This document shows, in pieces, positions 27,480 to 39,735 of a DNA stretch of 64,000 nucleotides; the stretch's first letter is position 1; each line of letters opens with the position of its first letter. Source of the DNA: an uncultured Poribacteria bacterium (GTDB lineage: Bacteria > Poribacteria > WGA-4E > WGA-3G); NCBI GenBank assembly GCA_951813565.1, contig OX638351.1, forward strand, positions 739,716 to 803,715, in the 5' to 3' direction. Under the pieces are notes generated by a model. That model did not search any database and was not told where the DNA came from. It was given only the letters and a program-made list of their open reading frames with translations. The translations under genes were made by a program, and so were the position numbers.

Positions 27480-27661
27480 CTGTAGTAAATCAAGCCTCAT
27501 GTACTTATAGTTTTCGTCATATTAACGCCTTGTGCGTGGCACGCTGCAGGACACAGAGAACACTGCCCTACCATAGAAGTAAATAATCGGGCTTGCAAAG
27601 CCCTCCTACAAGATATGGTGTGGTTAATGTCAAAAACTTTACATGTAGATTAAAATAAAAC

Positions 27662-27691
27662 TTGAAAACTAATCTGTAAATATGGTATAAT
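27662..27691 (+). promoter_or_regulatory. promoter for korAB
   Basis: TTGAAA-18 bp-TATAAT with a TGn extension. Confidence 0.55.
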
Positions 27692-27813
27692 TAAAAAAAG
27701 AAGATTATTAGTATTGTTGACAAAGGAAATTTTACGAACCTCTTAAGAAGGCGCGAAATAATAAAATAATTAATAGATTGAGCAAATTTGCTAACAATTA
27801 GAAAGGAGCCAAG

Positions 27814-29610
27814 ATGGCAAAGTACGATTTTGTAGTCGCCATAGGTGGGGCACCTGGACAAGGTATAGCTACAGCAGGCAAGAACTTAAGTCAATTTTGT
27901 GCTCGGCACGGACTTCATGTTTTCGCTTATAGCGCTTACCAATCCCTCATCCGTGGCGGTCATACCTTCCTTACCATCCGAATTAGTTCGGAGCCAGTTG
28001 CAAACCACGGTGACCAGATCGACCTGATCATTGCCCTTGATAAAAACAGTTTAGAAAAACACATACCGCATGTCAGACCCGGCGGGGCAATTGTCTATAA
28101 CAGTGATGATGTAAAAAAACAGGCACCGGAACGGGACGATATCCAGTTGTGTTCTATTCCTTATAAAGAGTTTTCCAAGGAAATTAAAGATAGAAAGACA
28201 CAAAAAGCAGCTCTGAATACATGTTTGCTTGGTGGTGCTCTACGACTCGTGGGTGCAGATTTAAAACCGCTTGAAGAGATTCTCATCGGCGCACTTCTCA
28301 AACGTAAAGGGCAGGAAGTCGTGGATGCCAACATCTCTGTCGCCCGAGCAGGTTATGAGCACGCCGCTGAACTCTTCACACAATTTGATGCTAAGTTTAT
28401 GGAACAGGAACCTCCACTTGCTTTCGGTCAAGGCAATGAGCTTATGGCGATGGGAGGGGCATCAGCAGGTGTCAAATTTTATTGTGCATACCCGATGAGT
28501 CCATCTACAGGGGTGCTGCGTTGGATGGCGAGAAACGCTCGCGATCTCAACATTATGGTCCGCCAATGTGAAGATGAAATCAGTGTTGTCAATATGGTTA
28601 TCGGTGCCGCACATGCAGGCTGCCGTGCAATGTGTGCAACTTCCGGTGGTGGTTTTGCCCTTATGTCGGAAGCAATCGGTAGTGCAGCGATGATGGAAAT
28701 TCCGATTGTGGTTATTAACGTCCAACGCGGTGGTCCTTCTACCGGTTTGCCAACGAAAACGGAACAAGGCGATCTGTGGCAGATACTCGGTGCAAGTCAA
28801 GGCGATTTCCCGAAGATAGTTGTTGCACCTACGAGTATTATTGATGGATTTAACACTATCCCAGAACTTTTCAACCTCGTGGATAAATTCCAATGCCCCG
28901 GCATGGTTCTCTCAGATCTTATGCTCGGTGAAGGTTATACAACATTTGAACCAGATGCGATTAATTGGCAACCGGAAATTGATCGCGGCGAGATGATAAC
29001 CGAACTCGCTCAAACAGATGAGGAATACCTACGTTATCAGATTACAGAGAGTGGAATTTCGCCTCGTGCTATTCCTGGCACCCCCGGTCACGTACATGTT
29101 GTTGCTACCGATGACCATGACGAAGATGGTGGTTTAATTAGTGATGAATTTACGAACCCGCATAAACGTCGTGACATCATGGAGAAACGACAACGGAAAA
29201 TGGAAGGGATCGTTAAACTTCTCCCACCGCCAACACTTGAAGGGCCGGAAGATGCTGAAGTCACGCTCATCGGTTGGGGGTCTACACACGGTGTTATTAG
29301 TGAAGCAGCGCAATCTTTAACTGAAAATGGTATTGTAACGAACCATATCCATTTCAAATGGCTCTATCCAATTGATGAAGATGTTGTTAACGAAGTGTTA
29401 GCAAAAGCAGGACGATCCATTATTGTTGAATGTAACTATACAGGTCAGTTTGCCCGATTCTTACGTGGTGAAACAGGCTTTAAGGCAAATGGTCACATTC
29501 GCAAGTACGATGGTGAACCGTTTATGCCGCACCACATTGTTGATGGTGCCCGTGAACTACTAATCGGTAAGACAGAACTCTATGTGCCATACCAAGAAAT
29601 TGTTGTCTAA
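27814..29610 (+). CDS. korA: 2-oxoacid:ferredoxin oxidoreductase alpha subunit
   Basis: GGAPGQG, IRGGH, YPMSPST, ATSGGGF, QRGGPSTGLPT. Substrate specificity cannot be determined. Confidence 0.93.
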   Translation: MAKYDFVVAIGGAPGQGIATAGKNLSQFCARHGLHVFAYSAYQSLIRGGHTFLTIRISSEPVANHGDQIDLIIALDKNSLEKHIPHVRPGGAIVYNSDDVKKQAPERDDIQLCSIPYKEFSKEIKDRKTQKAALNTCLLGGALRLVGADLKPLEEILIGALLKRKGQEVVDANISVARAGYEHAAELFTQFDAKFMEQEPPLAFGQGNELMAMGGASAGVKFYCAYPMSPSTGVLRWMARNARDLNIMVRQCEDEISVVNMVIGAAHAGCRAMCATSGGGFALMSEAIGSAAMMEIPIVVINVQRGGPSTGLPTKTEQGDLWQILGASQGDFPKIVVAPTSIIDGFNTIPELFNLVDKFQCPGMVLSDLMLGEGYTTFEPDAINWQPEIDRGEMITELAQTDEEYLRYQITESGISPRAIPGTPGHVHVVATDDHDEDGGLISDEFTNPHKRRDIMEKRQRKMEGIVKLLPPPTLEGPEDAEVTLIGWGSTHGVISEAAQSLTENGIVTNHIHFKWLYPIDEDVVNEVLAKAGRSIIVECNYTGQFARFLRGETGFKANGHIRKYDGEPFMPHHIVDGARELLIGKTELYVPYQEIVV

Positions 29611-29627
29611 CAAAGGAGGATGAATCA

Positions 29628-30518
29628 ATGGCAAAAAAAGAAAGACCTATTCAAGGTGCTCCTACAGCGAGAGATTTTAAAGGGGATGTCCACCCCGACT
29701 GGTGTCCCGGTTGCGGTGATTTCGGTGTACTGAATGCCCTACAAAATGCTTATGCTGAACTCGGTCGTGGCAATCATGATCACCTCACCGTTAGCGGAAT
29801 CGGATGTTCCTCGAATCTCCCTGGCTTCATCCGTACTTACGGCATGCATACTTTGCATGGACGTTCACTTGCTGTAGCAACGGGGGCAAAACTCGCCAAT
29901 CACGATTTGAATGTCGTCGTAACAGGCGGCGATGGCGATGGATACGGCATCGGTGGAAACCATTTCATTCATACAATGCGGAAAAATGTTGATCTCCTCT
30001 ACATTGTGATGAACAACGAAACTTACGGGTTGACGGTTGGTCAAGCTTCACCTACGACTCAAGTTGGCGAGAAAACTTATAGCACACCGTTTGGTAATAT
30101 AGAAACACCCCTCAATCCGGTCGCTATGGCGATTGTCACGGGTGCTACTTATGTCGCAAGAGCATTTAGTTCTGCAAGAAAAGAACTCATAGAATTGATG
30201 TATAACGGCATGCAGCATAAAGGGTTCGCCTTTATTGATGTTATCAGTCCTTGTGTAACGTGGAAGGATGATGAAATTTTCGATTATTGGAAGGAGCGAG
30301 TCAATTTTCTTGAAAATCATGACACAAGTGATAAAGCCGCGGCACTTGAACAGGCAGTCAAGACGGGTCATGATACTCAGATTGGGTTATTCTACCATGA
30401 CACAAGTCGTCCCTCCTTGGATCAGATGGAACCTATTTTAGAAAATGGACCTGTGGCGCACCAACCCCTCGGTATTACCCCTGAACAGGGTGCTGCAATT
30501 ATCCAGCACATGATGTAA
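29628..30518 (+). CDS. korB: 2-oxoacid:ferredoxin oxidoreductase beta subunit
   Basis: WCPGCGD, SGIGCS, GGDGD..NN TPP motif, SPCVT. Confidence 0.93.
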   Translation: MAKKERPIQGAPTARDFKGDVHPDWCPGCGDFGVLNALQNAYAELGRGNHDHLTVSGIGCSSNLPGFIRTYGMHTLHGRSLAVATGAKLANHDLNVVVTGGDGDGYGIGGNHFIHTMRKNVDLLYIVMNNETYGLTVGQASPTTQVGEKTYSTPFGNIETPLNPVAMAIVTGATYVARAFSSARKELIELMYNGMQHKGFAFIDVISPCVTWKDDEIFDYWKERVNFLENHDTSDKAAALEQAVKTGHDTQIGLFYHDTSRPSLDQMEPILENGPVAHQPLGITPEQGAAIIQHMM

Positions 30519-30529
30519 AACGGAACGGT

Positions 30530-30560
30530 AAGGGCAGGTATGTATCTGCCCTTTTCTTTT
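30530..30560 (+). terminator. intrinsic terminator after korB
   Basis: AAGGGCAG..CTGCCCTT hairpin followed by TTCTTTT. Confidence 0.7.
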
Positions 30561-30596
30561 TGCTCTACGCCAGAATTACAAATATCTCCTCACACT

Positions 30597-31310
30597 ATGC
30601 GTCTTAACGCTTCCCAGATCACAAAAAATTTCGGACACCGTACGATTGTTAAAAACGTTAATCTCACGATTAACCCTGGAGAAGTATTGGCGATTTTCGG
30701 TCCTAACGGTGCGGGTAAAACGACGTTCATTAAAATACTTGCGACTCTCCTCCGCCCCACATCGGGGAAACTTGAAATCGAAGGCATAGATGCAATCGCT
30801 GACTACGCACAAGTGAGAAATACTTTAGGCGTTATTATCCATGAGCATTTAGCGTACCCTACATTAACTCCTTATGAGAATCTCAGGTTTTTTGGGCAGA
30901 TGTACGGTGTTGAACATTTAGAGACTCGCTGTAAGACACTTTTGGGTGAAGTTGGCTTGCACCGCTTTATCCATGAACCGCTTCACATCTTTTCACGGGG
31001 CATGACGCAGCGTTTTATGATTGCCAGAGCCCTCCTCCATCACCCTTCAATTTTACTACTTGATGAACCTTTCTCTGGACTTGATGCATCTGCCAAGCAG
31101 TTTGTGATAGATCGCATTGCACAAGAACGAGAAAATGGGAAAGGCATCCTCATTACAACGCATAACAGCGAATTGGGATATCTTGTCGGCACGAAGTTTC
31201 TTTTTATGATAAAAGGAGAATTGGAGGAGATCGCAAAAAAAGATGAAATTGAAGTAGAGACGTTACTACACATGTACGAAGAGAGGTTGATAGACACCAC
31301 TTCAAATTGA
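30597..31310 (+). CDS. ccmA: heme exporter ATP-binding protein CcmA
   Basis: GPNGAGKTT, FSRGMTQR, LLLDEP; directly upstream of ccmB. Confidence 0.85.
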   Translation: MRLNASQITKNFGHRTIVKNVNLTINPGEVLAIFGPNGAGKTTFIKILATLLRPTSGKLEIEGIDAIADYAQVRNTLGVIIHEHLAYPTLTPYENLRFFGQMYGVEHLETRCKTLLGEVGLHRFIHEPLHIFSRGMTQRFMIARALLHHPSILLLDEPFSGLDASAKQFVIDRIAQERENGKGILITTHNSELGYLVGTKFLFMIKGELEEIAKKDEIEVETLLHMYEERLIDTTSN

Positions 31311-31317
31311 GACACAC

Positions 31318-32013
31318 ATGAAGGCACTCCGTCAGATTGCCGCGTTGATTCGTAAAGACTTTAGGCTGCAATTCCGTTCGAAAGAGACGCTGGCATTAAT
31401 TTTTGTTTTTAGCGTACTTGTTGTTCTCATTTTTGCGTTTGCGTTTGGTCCAGATTTTCCTAAAGAAGAAAATGAACGCGGAAAATTAGCCGCCAGTGTC
31501 CTCTGGGCAGCATTCGTTTTTGCGGGTATTATCAACTTGAATCGTTCATTCGTGGTAGAACGCACACACGGTGCGCTGCACGGCATGCGACTTACTGGTG
31601 TTGATGCGAGCAATATTTACCTTTCCAAAGTTGTCAGCAATTTTGTTTTTCTATTTTTACTGGAAATTGTCATTACCCCCATCGCACTTCAATTTTTAGA
31701 CCTATTTGACGCTGTGACGGTGGGCATATTATTAAAACTACTTGGCGTGCTGAGTATCGGCACGCTCGGTTTTTGTGCTGTCGGTGTGCTGTTAGCTGGG
31801 ATGTCTACAAGCACAAATGGTGGTGAAAGCCTACTTTCTGTAATTTTACTTCCACTTATCATTCCAATTATTATGGGCGGAACAAAATGCACTGTCTCTA
31901 TTTTGGTAACTGGTGGATTAGAAGACAGTTTTTGGCTGAAAATGGTGGTAGGGTCAACTCTTATCTTTTTGGCATCAGCGTATCTGCTTGCTGATGCCGT
32001 TATTGAGGAATAG
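31318..32013 (+). CDS. ccmB: heme exporter permease CcmB
   Basis: KDFRLQFRSKE, LNRSF..E, LLSVILLPLIIP; six TM segments. Confidence 0.9.
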   Translation: MKALRQIAALIRKDFRLQFRSKETLALIFVFSVLVVLIFAFAFGPDFPKEENERGKLAASVLWAAFVFAGIINLNRSFVVERTHGALHGMRLTGVDASNIYLSKVVSNFVFLFLLEIVITPIALQFLDLFDAVTVGILLKLLGVLSIGTLGFCAVGVLLAGMSTSTNGGESLLSVILLPLIIPIIMGGTKCTVSILVTGGLEDSFWLKMVVGSTLIFLASAYLLADAVIEE

Positions 32014-32074
32014 TGGTGGCTTAAATACCCGAACGGTAATATAATCGTATCAGGTATTAGTTGCCACACCTTGA

Positions 32075-33403
<1,329 letters not shown>

Positions 33404-33469
33404 AACCCTGTTTTCGTATTGGGCCGGTGTTTGTGCTGTCCCAATACATCCTCTTTAAAGAGTTGCTTT

Positions 33470-33757
33470 ATGCGTATTTTTCGCGCAATCTTACTTATCA
33501 TCGCATTAGCCCTACTCATAGTCAGCGTCAGGCAATTTATGCGTGGTTATAGAGACTGGGAACAAGCGCAAATCGTTGAGAAAGGCTACCAAGCGGAAAT
33601 ACGAGAGTTGGAAGCCGAACGCGATCGGCGTAAGCAGCGTGTTGAACTGCTAAAAGATGATACCTTAACCAAAGAACGTCTTGTCAGAAAAAGGTTCGGT
33701 TATGTCAAGCCTGGTGAGGTCAAATACAAAATAATTAAACCCACACAATCTGAATAA
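33470..33757 (+). CDS. ftsB: septum formation initiator FtsB/DivIC
   Basis: TM plus coiled coil, R.RFGYVKPGE; conserved eno-ftsB order. Confidence 0.8.
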   Translation: MRIFRAILLIIALALLIVSVRQFMRGYRDWEQAQIVEKGYQAEIRELEAERDRRKQRVELLKDDTLTKERLVRKRFGYVKPGEVKYKIIKPTQSE

Positions 33758-34002
33758 TTATCAAATCCAAACGAACCGTTTGTTTGATCTATAGATAACA
33801 TTCCCCGCACAATTTTACACAAAATTGAATAGAGCAAACACCTGTGTTTGTCTTCGTGTTTCGCGATTTGTCCAATAAACCTTTTGCAATATAGAATAAT
33901 ATTAGTTATAATTGAGAATAGCACAATCAGACAAATTCCGGGTTATAACGTTCTGACTAAAAATAGTCACGCTATTACTGCCATGAAATATAGGACAATT
34001 TT

Positions 34003-35358
34003 ATGTTGCACGCAGAAAACAATCGCCGAAACCCTATGCCTAAGCTAATTGCTATATGTGGATTGCTGCTGCTTTTCATTTTCGTCATTAATGCTGTTCG
34101 GGTTTTTGAGAATAAGACATCTGAGCCGTCCATTACTAAAGTTGGTGTGGAGGAAACGCGGCCGAAATCTATTAGGGCAGAGGTGAAGGAATTGCGTCCG
34201 AAATCTGTTAGACGCAAGGATGCACTTGATACAAGGCGATGGCCCGATGGATTCAGGCTATACCGCTATCAGTGGGTTGGGGGCGCTGCTGTTTACGTTG
34301 CGGAAATGGATCGTGATGTCAAAAACCTTAGATTCGATATAGAACTTGCCAACTCTCAAATTCTTAGGCGTGAAACTATCACCAGTGCTACGAGACGGCT
34401 CAAACGAAAAGGAATACAACCTCTGGCGGGTGTCAATGGGAGTTTTGGGATTCGTGAGGACAGTTATGGTCGTGGCGGTATGATTTTCAACCTTCATATC
34501 CAAGCAGGTGAACTTGTCAGTATTCCTAAATTAATTGATAGATGGGGTTATTCACCACCTTCACCATGGGGCGAAACAAGTTTTGGAGTTACCCCTGATG
34601 GCGAATTTCTTTTACAGGCGGTTCAATTAAACGGCAAACTTCGCATTGGCGAAGAAACACTTACGATAGAAGCGGTCAACCAAATCTGCGATTCGTTGTG
34701 TCAGGCAGTGCTTTACACGCCACGTTTTGGAAGATCGACTTTGACACGTCGATGCTACGAATTCACCCTTAAAAAACTAACACTTCCGCTCACCGGTAAA
34801 TACACGAGTCGTTTTGTTGTGACCGCAGTTAATCCGCGTGGCAACAGCGTCATACCGTCTGATGGTGTTGTCCTCGCTATGGAACCTCGCTTGGCAGTCC
34901 GCTGGTACAAAAAGATTTCAAAATCTACGACTGGTGTATTGGATATTGCGCTCACGCCTGAAAAATGGCAGACAGTTCAGACGGGTATTGGTGGTAATCT
35001 ACGGTTGTTACGTGACGGTGAAATTGAACCTGAATTGTTTGAGTTTGCACGTGGTAGAAACAACAGTGCTTACAGACATAGCAATGCTGCCCATCGGCAT
35101 CCGAGAAGTGCATTAGGGTTTAATGATGAGAAACTCTTTCTTATTGTTATTGATGGCAGGCAATCTGGGTACAGCATGGGTATGACCCTTTATCAGATGG
35201 CAGATTTTTTTAATGACATCGGCATTAAGCACGCTATTAACTTTGATGGTGGTAGTTCCTCTGCTTTGTGGGCATTGGGCAGGATTGTAAATAGACCTGC
35301 ACACGGTTATGAACGTCGCATCTTCAACGTAGCGTTGATTCGCACTAAAGAAAAATAA
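34003..35358 (+). CDS. phosphodiester glycosidase (NAGPA-like) family protein
   Basis: AGVNGSF, HPRSALG, IDGRQ, AINFDGGSS. Confidence 0.88.
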   Translation: MLHAENNRRNPMPKLIAICGLLLLFIFVINAVRVFENKTSEPSITKVGVEETRPKSIRAEVKELRPKSVRRKDALDTRRWPDGFRLYRYQWVGGAAVYVAEMDRDVKNLRFDIELANSQILRRETITSATRRLKRKGIQPLAGVNGSFGIREDSYGRGGMIFNLHIQAGELVSIPKLIDRWGYSPPSPWGETSFGVTPDGEFLLQAVQLNGKLRIGEETLTIEAVNQICDSLCQAVLYTPRFGRSTLTRRCYEFTLKKLTLPLTGKYTSRFVVTAVNPRGNSVIPSDGVVLAMEPRLAVRWYKKISKSTTGVLDIALTPEKWQTVQTGIGGNLRLLRDGEIEPELFEFARGRNNSAYRHSNAAHRHPRSALGFNDEKLFLIVIDGRQSGYSMGMTLYQMADFFNDIGIKHAINFDGGSSSALWALGRIVNRPAHGYERRIFNVALIRTKEK

Positions 35359-35362
35359 TCAC

Positions 35363-35773
35363 ATGAAACTACGATATGCTATACTATCCATCCTGTTGTT
35401 AATCGCGTGTTCAAATAGGAATACCCCACAAGCAGTCGCTGAAGATTTTATCTATAATTACTACAAACTTGCTAACCAAGAAACGGCACTCCAACTGAGC
35501 TATGGACAGGCTACAGAAAAATTGGAAGCGGAAATAGTGCGGCTGCAGGATGTGCGGGCACCGGGCGATCCTGGACCCGAAATGCCAAAAATGGAATATA
35601 AACAAACCGGAAAAGAAGTCGCGAATGAAGTTGAAAACATAGAACACATATTATTCGACTATAAATTGACAATCAAAAATAGCGTCGGCACAACAACACA
35701 TACCCGAAATGTTGTGATTACCACTGAAAACATAGAAGGGCAGTGGAAGGTTGTCAATTTTGATGAGTATTAG
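35363..35773 (+). CDS. small lipoprotein, NTF2-like
   Basis: LIAC lipobox, TPQAVAEDF, EGQWKV. Confidence 0.7.
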   Translation: MKLRYAILSILLLIACSNRNTPQAVAEDFIYNYYKLANQETALQLSYGQATEKLEAEIVRLQDVRAPGDPGPEMPKMEYKQTGKEVANEVENIEHILFDYKLTIKNSVGTTTHTRNVVITTENIEGQWKVVNFDEY

Positions 35774-35829
35774 AATATTATGGTTTGAGGTGACGCGGGA
35801 ATCCTAATTTTATCCAATGGAAGTTTTCC

Positions 35830-36939
35830 ATGAAAACCGGCAAGGTCGCTATCTTTACACAACCACAAACGCCGTTGGAATTTCGGGAATATCCGATCCC
35901 ATCCGTAACAACTGACGATATGCTTGTACGAATCCGAATGGCGAATATCTGCGGTTCAGATCTGCACTTTTGGCGAGGGCACGGTCCCAAAATCACAGGA
36001 GGAATTCCCCAAGTGTTGGGTCATGAAATGATCGGCACGATTGAAGCGATGGGACGCAACGTCCAAAATGACAGCATAGGACAACCGCTGACCGAAGGAG
36101 ACCGAATCGTCTACTCCTATTTCAAACCCTGCCAACGCTGTTGGATGTGTCTCAACGGAAAACCTGGTTGTCCGAATCGCTACAGAGATTGGCTCGGTGT
36201 TTCAAGTGAACAACATCCACATTTCCACGGTGCTTACGGTGAATACTACTATATGAAGGCAGGACATTGGGTTTTTAAAGTGCCTGATGAACTGCCGGAC
36301 ACGCTTGTTTCTCCTATAAACTGCGCTTTATCGGAAGTTATTTACGGACTCAATCAAATCGGTATCACACTTGGAGATACGGTTGTTATCCAAGGTGCTG
36401 GCGGGCTCGGGCTTTATGCAACTGCGGTGGCAAGGGAGATGGGTGCAGGGAAAATCGTTGTCCTTGATCGGCTTCCTGCACGGCTTGCACTCGCGCATGA
36501 ATTTGGCGCGGATTATACGCTCAACGTAGATGAACTTGAAATAGCAGAACGCGTTGATTATGTTCTTGACCAGACAAGTGGCATCGGTGCCGATCTTGTC
36601 GCGGAGTTTGTTGGCTCGCCGCGCGTGCTCGCTGAAGGTATAGAAATGCTTCGGTGGGGTGGACGTTATCTCTGGATCGGTAATATCAATCTCGGTTTTC
36701 CAACGGAAATTGATCCTGGTAATATCGTTCGGTGTAGCAAAGCGATTCGAGGTGTGATCGTTTATGAGCCATGGGTAATTCCGCGTGCACTTGATTTCCT
36801 GAGCCGCACACGAGACAAATATCCGTTTCATAAAATCATCTCCGATACTTTCCCGTTTGACCATATTAACGACGCTTTCTCTTACGCTGATGAGGGTTCT
36901 GCTATCCGAGTCGGATTGAAATTTGATGAGGTCCATTAA
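35830..36939 (+). CDS. zinc-binding alcohol dehydrogenase family protein
   Basis: ICGSDLH, LGHE, CQRCWMC..C, GAGGLG. Confidence 0.93.
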   Translation: MKTGKVAIFTQPQTPLEFREYPIPSVTTDDMLVRIRMANICGSDLHFWRGHGPKITGGIPQVLGHEMIGTIEAMGRNVQNDSIGQPLTEGDRIVYSYFKPCQRCWMCLNGKPGCPNRYRDWLGVSSEQHPHFHGAYGEYYYMKAGHWVFKVPDELPDTLVSPINCALSEVIYGLNQIGITLGDTVVIQGAGGLGLYATAVAREMGAGKIVVLDRLPARLALAHEFGADYTLNVDELEIAERVDYVLDQTSGIGADLVAEFVGSPRVLAEGIEMLRWGGRYLWIGNINLGFPTEIDPGNIVRCSKAIRGVIVYEPWVIPRALDFLSRTRDKYPFHKIISDTFPFDHINDAFSYADEGSAIRVGLKFDEVH

Positions 36940-36947
36940 TTTATGCT

Positions 36948-37268
36948 ATGGAGTTAGAAATATATCAAGACCAAAATGGGAATGAGCCTTTTTTAGAATG
37001 GCTTTCTGGCATTAAGGACAAAGTGATGACTGCAAGAATTCGTAGTCGCTTAAGAAAGATTGAAGAAACCGGAAAATTCGGTGATTTTCGGTCAGTAGGA
37101 AGTGGCATGTATGAATTTCGGCTGCAGTTTGGACCGGCGTACCGGATTTACTTCGGCAGAATAGGAAACGATACCATTTTACTGTTACGGGGTGGTGACA
37201 AGGGTTCGCAAAGTCAAGATATCGGAAAAGCAAAGATAGATTGGAAAGAACATAATTCAAGGGAGTAA
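36948..37268 (+). CDS. RelE/ParE-family addiction module toxin
   Basis: EPFLEWL, GDFRSVG.G.YE.R..FGP.YRIY, GGDK.SQ. Confidence 0.9.
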   Translation: MELEIYQDQNGNEPFLEWLSGIKDKVMTARIRSRLRKIEETGKFGDFRSVGSGMYEFRLQFGPAYRIYFGRIGNDTILLLRGGDKGSQSQDIGKAKIDWKEHNSRE

Positions 37269-37272
37269 AAAA

Positions 37273-37599
37273 ATGCATAACTACAGAAAATTCAAAGACT
37301 ATCATATTGAACAACTACGCGATCCAGAAGACGCAAAAATATATCTTTCTGTAGCACTTGAAGATTATGAGAAAAACGAAGATATAGATGCTTTTTTACT
37401 TGCGGTTAGAGATGTAGCAGAGGCACAGGGAGACATGTCTAAGTTAGCCGAAAGTGTTAGCCTCACCAATGAGGGACTTTACAAAATTCTTTCTGAAAAC
37501 GGGAATCCACAACTTAATATGATGCGTAAAATATTGCACGAATTAGGTTTTAAATTTTCTATAGAAGCACGCGAGAACCGACTACAAGCAGGTCACTAA
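37273..37599 (+). CDS. addiction module antidote (HTH antitoxin)
   Basis: AVRDVAEAQG..MSKLAE..LYKILSENGNP; 4 bp after the toxin. Confidence 0.9.
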   Translation: MHNYRKFKDYHIEQLRDPEDAKIYLSVALEDYEKNEDIDAFLLAVRDVAEAQGDMSKLAESVSLTNEGLYKILSENGNPQLNMMRKILHELGFKFSIEARENRLQAGH

Positions 37600-37652
37600 A
37601 ATAGAACAGCGTCTGTTCACGACAAATACTAAATATCAATAATCCCGTTAAA

Positions 37653-38777
37653 ATGCCATCTTCCCTCTACATCCACATTCCGTTTTGCGCGACGAAATGC
37701 TACTATTGCGCTTTCAATACCTATTCTTTTTACAAAGAGCAAGCGAAAATTTACTTAGACGCGCTCCGAACGGAGATAGAACTTTACGCGCCGCAAACCG
37801 ACCCTTTACGAACAATTTTCATTGGCGGCGGCACCCCTTCCATCCTTTCTGCCAACGCTTTAGAACAGTTGTTTGCCGATATACAGAAACATTTCCAGAT
37901 ATGTCCTGATGTTGAAATCACAGTAGAATGCAATCCGGGCACCGTTAATGGTGAAAAACTCAGTGTGATGAAAAATGCTGGTGTAAATAGACTCAGTTTC
38001 GGTTTGCAAGCGATGCAGGATGAGACATTACGGCAATTAGGCAGAATTCACACCGTTGATGAATTTCTGCACAGTTATCATTTGGCACGCGAACACGGCT
38101 TTGACATTATCAACATTGACCTCATCTTTGCTCTTCCAAAGCAAACGAAGGAAGCATGGCAGCATACCTTGAGCGAGACAATTGCACTTGAACCCGAACA
38201 TATCTCTACCTATAATCTCGTTATGGAAGAGTCAACACCGTTTTACGAGTGGTGGAAAGCCGGTGAACTTGTCCTCCCTGCTGAAGATACCGAAGCAGAT
38301 ATGTTCCAATGGACTATTGAAACACTCACCTCGCACGGATATACGCACTATGAAATCTGCAATTTTGCCCGTCCGAACCGTGAGGTGAAACACAATCTTG
38401 TTTATTGGAATAATCAGGAATATGTCGGATTAGGCGTTGGCGCATGCGGGTATGTTGATGGTGTCCGTTATACGAACATCCGAGGTATCCGACCCTATAT
38501 TGAAGCACTCCATCAGCACAAAAAACCGATTTCAGAGACTGAACGCCTAATAGGGCATGCTGAAAAAGCAGAGACTCTCATGCTTGCACTCCGTAAGCGA
38601 GAGGGTATCTGTTTAGCGGATTATGAGCGACGTTTCGGTGAAAAACTTGAGGTAGAATTTGGGGAGACTATTCAAAAGTGGATGGATTTAGAGTTGTTAG
38701 AGCAGAACGGGACATATCTTCGCCTTACTCGGCGCGGACTTTTCTTGGCAAATGAGGTTTTTGTGGAATTGATGTGA
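37653..38777 (+). CDS. hemW: radical SAM heme chaperone HemW
   Basis: LYIHIPFCATKCYYCAF, GGGTPS, HNLVYW. Confidence 0.92.
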   Translation: MPSSLYIHIPFCATKCYYCAFNTYSFYKEQAKIYLDALRTEIELYAPQTDPLRTIFIGGGTPSILSANALEQLFADIQKHFQICPDVEITVECNPGTVNGEKLSVMKNAGVNRLSFGLQAMQDETLRQLGRIHTVDEFLHSYHLAREHGFDIINIDLIFALPKQTKEAWQHTLSETIALEPEHISTYNLVMEESTPFYEWWKAGELVLPAEDTEADMFQWTIETLTSHGYTHYEICNFARPNREVKHNLVYWNNQEYVGLGVGACGYVDGVRYTNIRGIRPYIEALHQHKKPISETERLIGHAEKAETLMLALRKREGICLADYERRFGEKLEVEFGETIQKWMDLELLEQNGTYLRLTRRGLFLANEVFVELM

Positions 38778-38811
38778 GGATTTCCGCGTTCTTGGTTGTA
38801 AGGAAAGAATC

Positions 38812-39147
38812 TCAGCGCTCTTCTTCATAATCAGGGTTCACCCATTTAAGCATATCTGTTGTGTACTCAGGTTCGTCTTCGTCGTATGCTCGTGCCAGCA
38901 TCTGCATAGAGAAACTGTACCAAGTTTCACGTTCCTCCGTCTCTTGTTCTGATTCGTACTTTTCAATCAGCGCCCCAACAACTTCCATTAATGAAACCAA
39001 CGGGTGATTTTCGCTTTCCCCGATAAGAGTCTTTAACTCGTCCCGTAGAGTCGAAAGTCTACGGTAATCAGTCTCTGTACGCGGTACGAATACAATAGAA
39101 GCAAGTTCTGGCCATATCTCTTGAGCAGTTTGTATTTCGGGGACCAT
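38812..39147 (-). CDS. orphan antitoxin-like hypothetical protein
   Basis: HigA-like N-part (HPLVSLMEVVGALIEKYE) without an HTH, plus acidic tail ARAYDEDEPEY; SD AAGGAG. Confidence 0.6.
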   Translation of the reverse strand: MVPEIQTAQEIWPELASIVFVPRTETDYRRLSTLRDELKTLIGESENHPLVSLMEVVGALIEKYESEQETEERETWYSFSMQMLARAYDEDEPEYTTDMLKWVNPDYEEER

Positions 39148-39251
39148 GCTAACTCCTTATTAGAAGGCTAAAATTGTCCAAAACCCATACACATATTATA
39201 ACACATATTTGATGAAAACCCATCTGTTTTTGATTTAGGGTATCTAAAAGT

Positions 39252-39545
39252 TTGTCTGAATCTCGGATTATGGCTTTGGGTGGAATTGTCTGAACAGAGA
39301 TTTACAAGATTATAGGATTAGCAGGATTATTCTTATGGTATGCAATTATTCTCAAAATCTGTATTCTCTGTATTTATCGGGTTTTTGTTGTCTGGTTCAA
39401 AAACAGTTCTGTTGCCAACATTCTTGGAAATCTTGTAATCCTGAAAATCCCGGTTCAGACAAAAGGCGAGCACAAAGACTCCGATGAATACCACACGTGC
39501 ATTCGCCGTTGATTCCCTACGCCATTTATCGAATTTACGTCTTAT
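39252..39545. repeat. intergenic repeat cluster: TTGTCTGAA..TTCAGACAA element, REP remnant with micro-element
   Basis: Inverted ends with tandem GGATT/AATCC motifs; reverse micro-element 39481-39515 inside GCGAGCACAA..CCTAC. Confidence 0.6.
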
Positions 39546-39735
39546 TAGCTAATTTTATGCACCCTTTCGGTTTCAAAATAGTATCTTATAATAATTAAAA
39601 GCATGGCATGTGTTTATCAATAGTCCTGCTAAATCAATGCCAATTCCAAGTGATTCATTAGCGGGAACATTTTACGCTAATGAAGTGTGAATATAGTATA
39701 CACCGATCTTATCAAAACGATATTGGAGTGTTTAG

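Noticed and set aside
36948-37599. TA pair as part of a defence island or prophage
   Set aside because: A common addiction module flanked by ADH and hemW; no integrase, phage or other defence genes.
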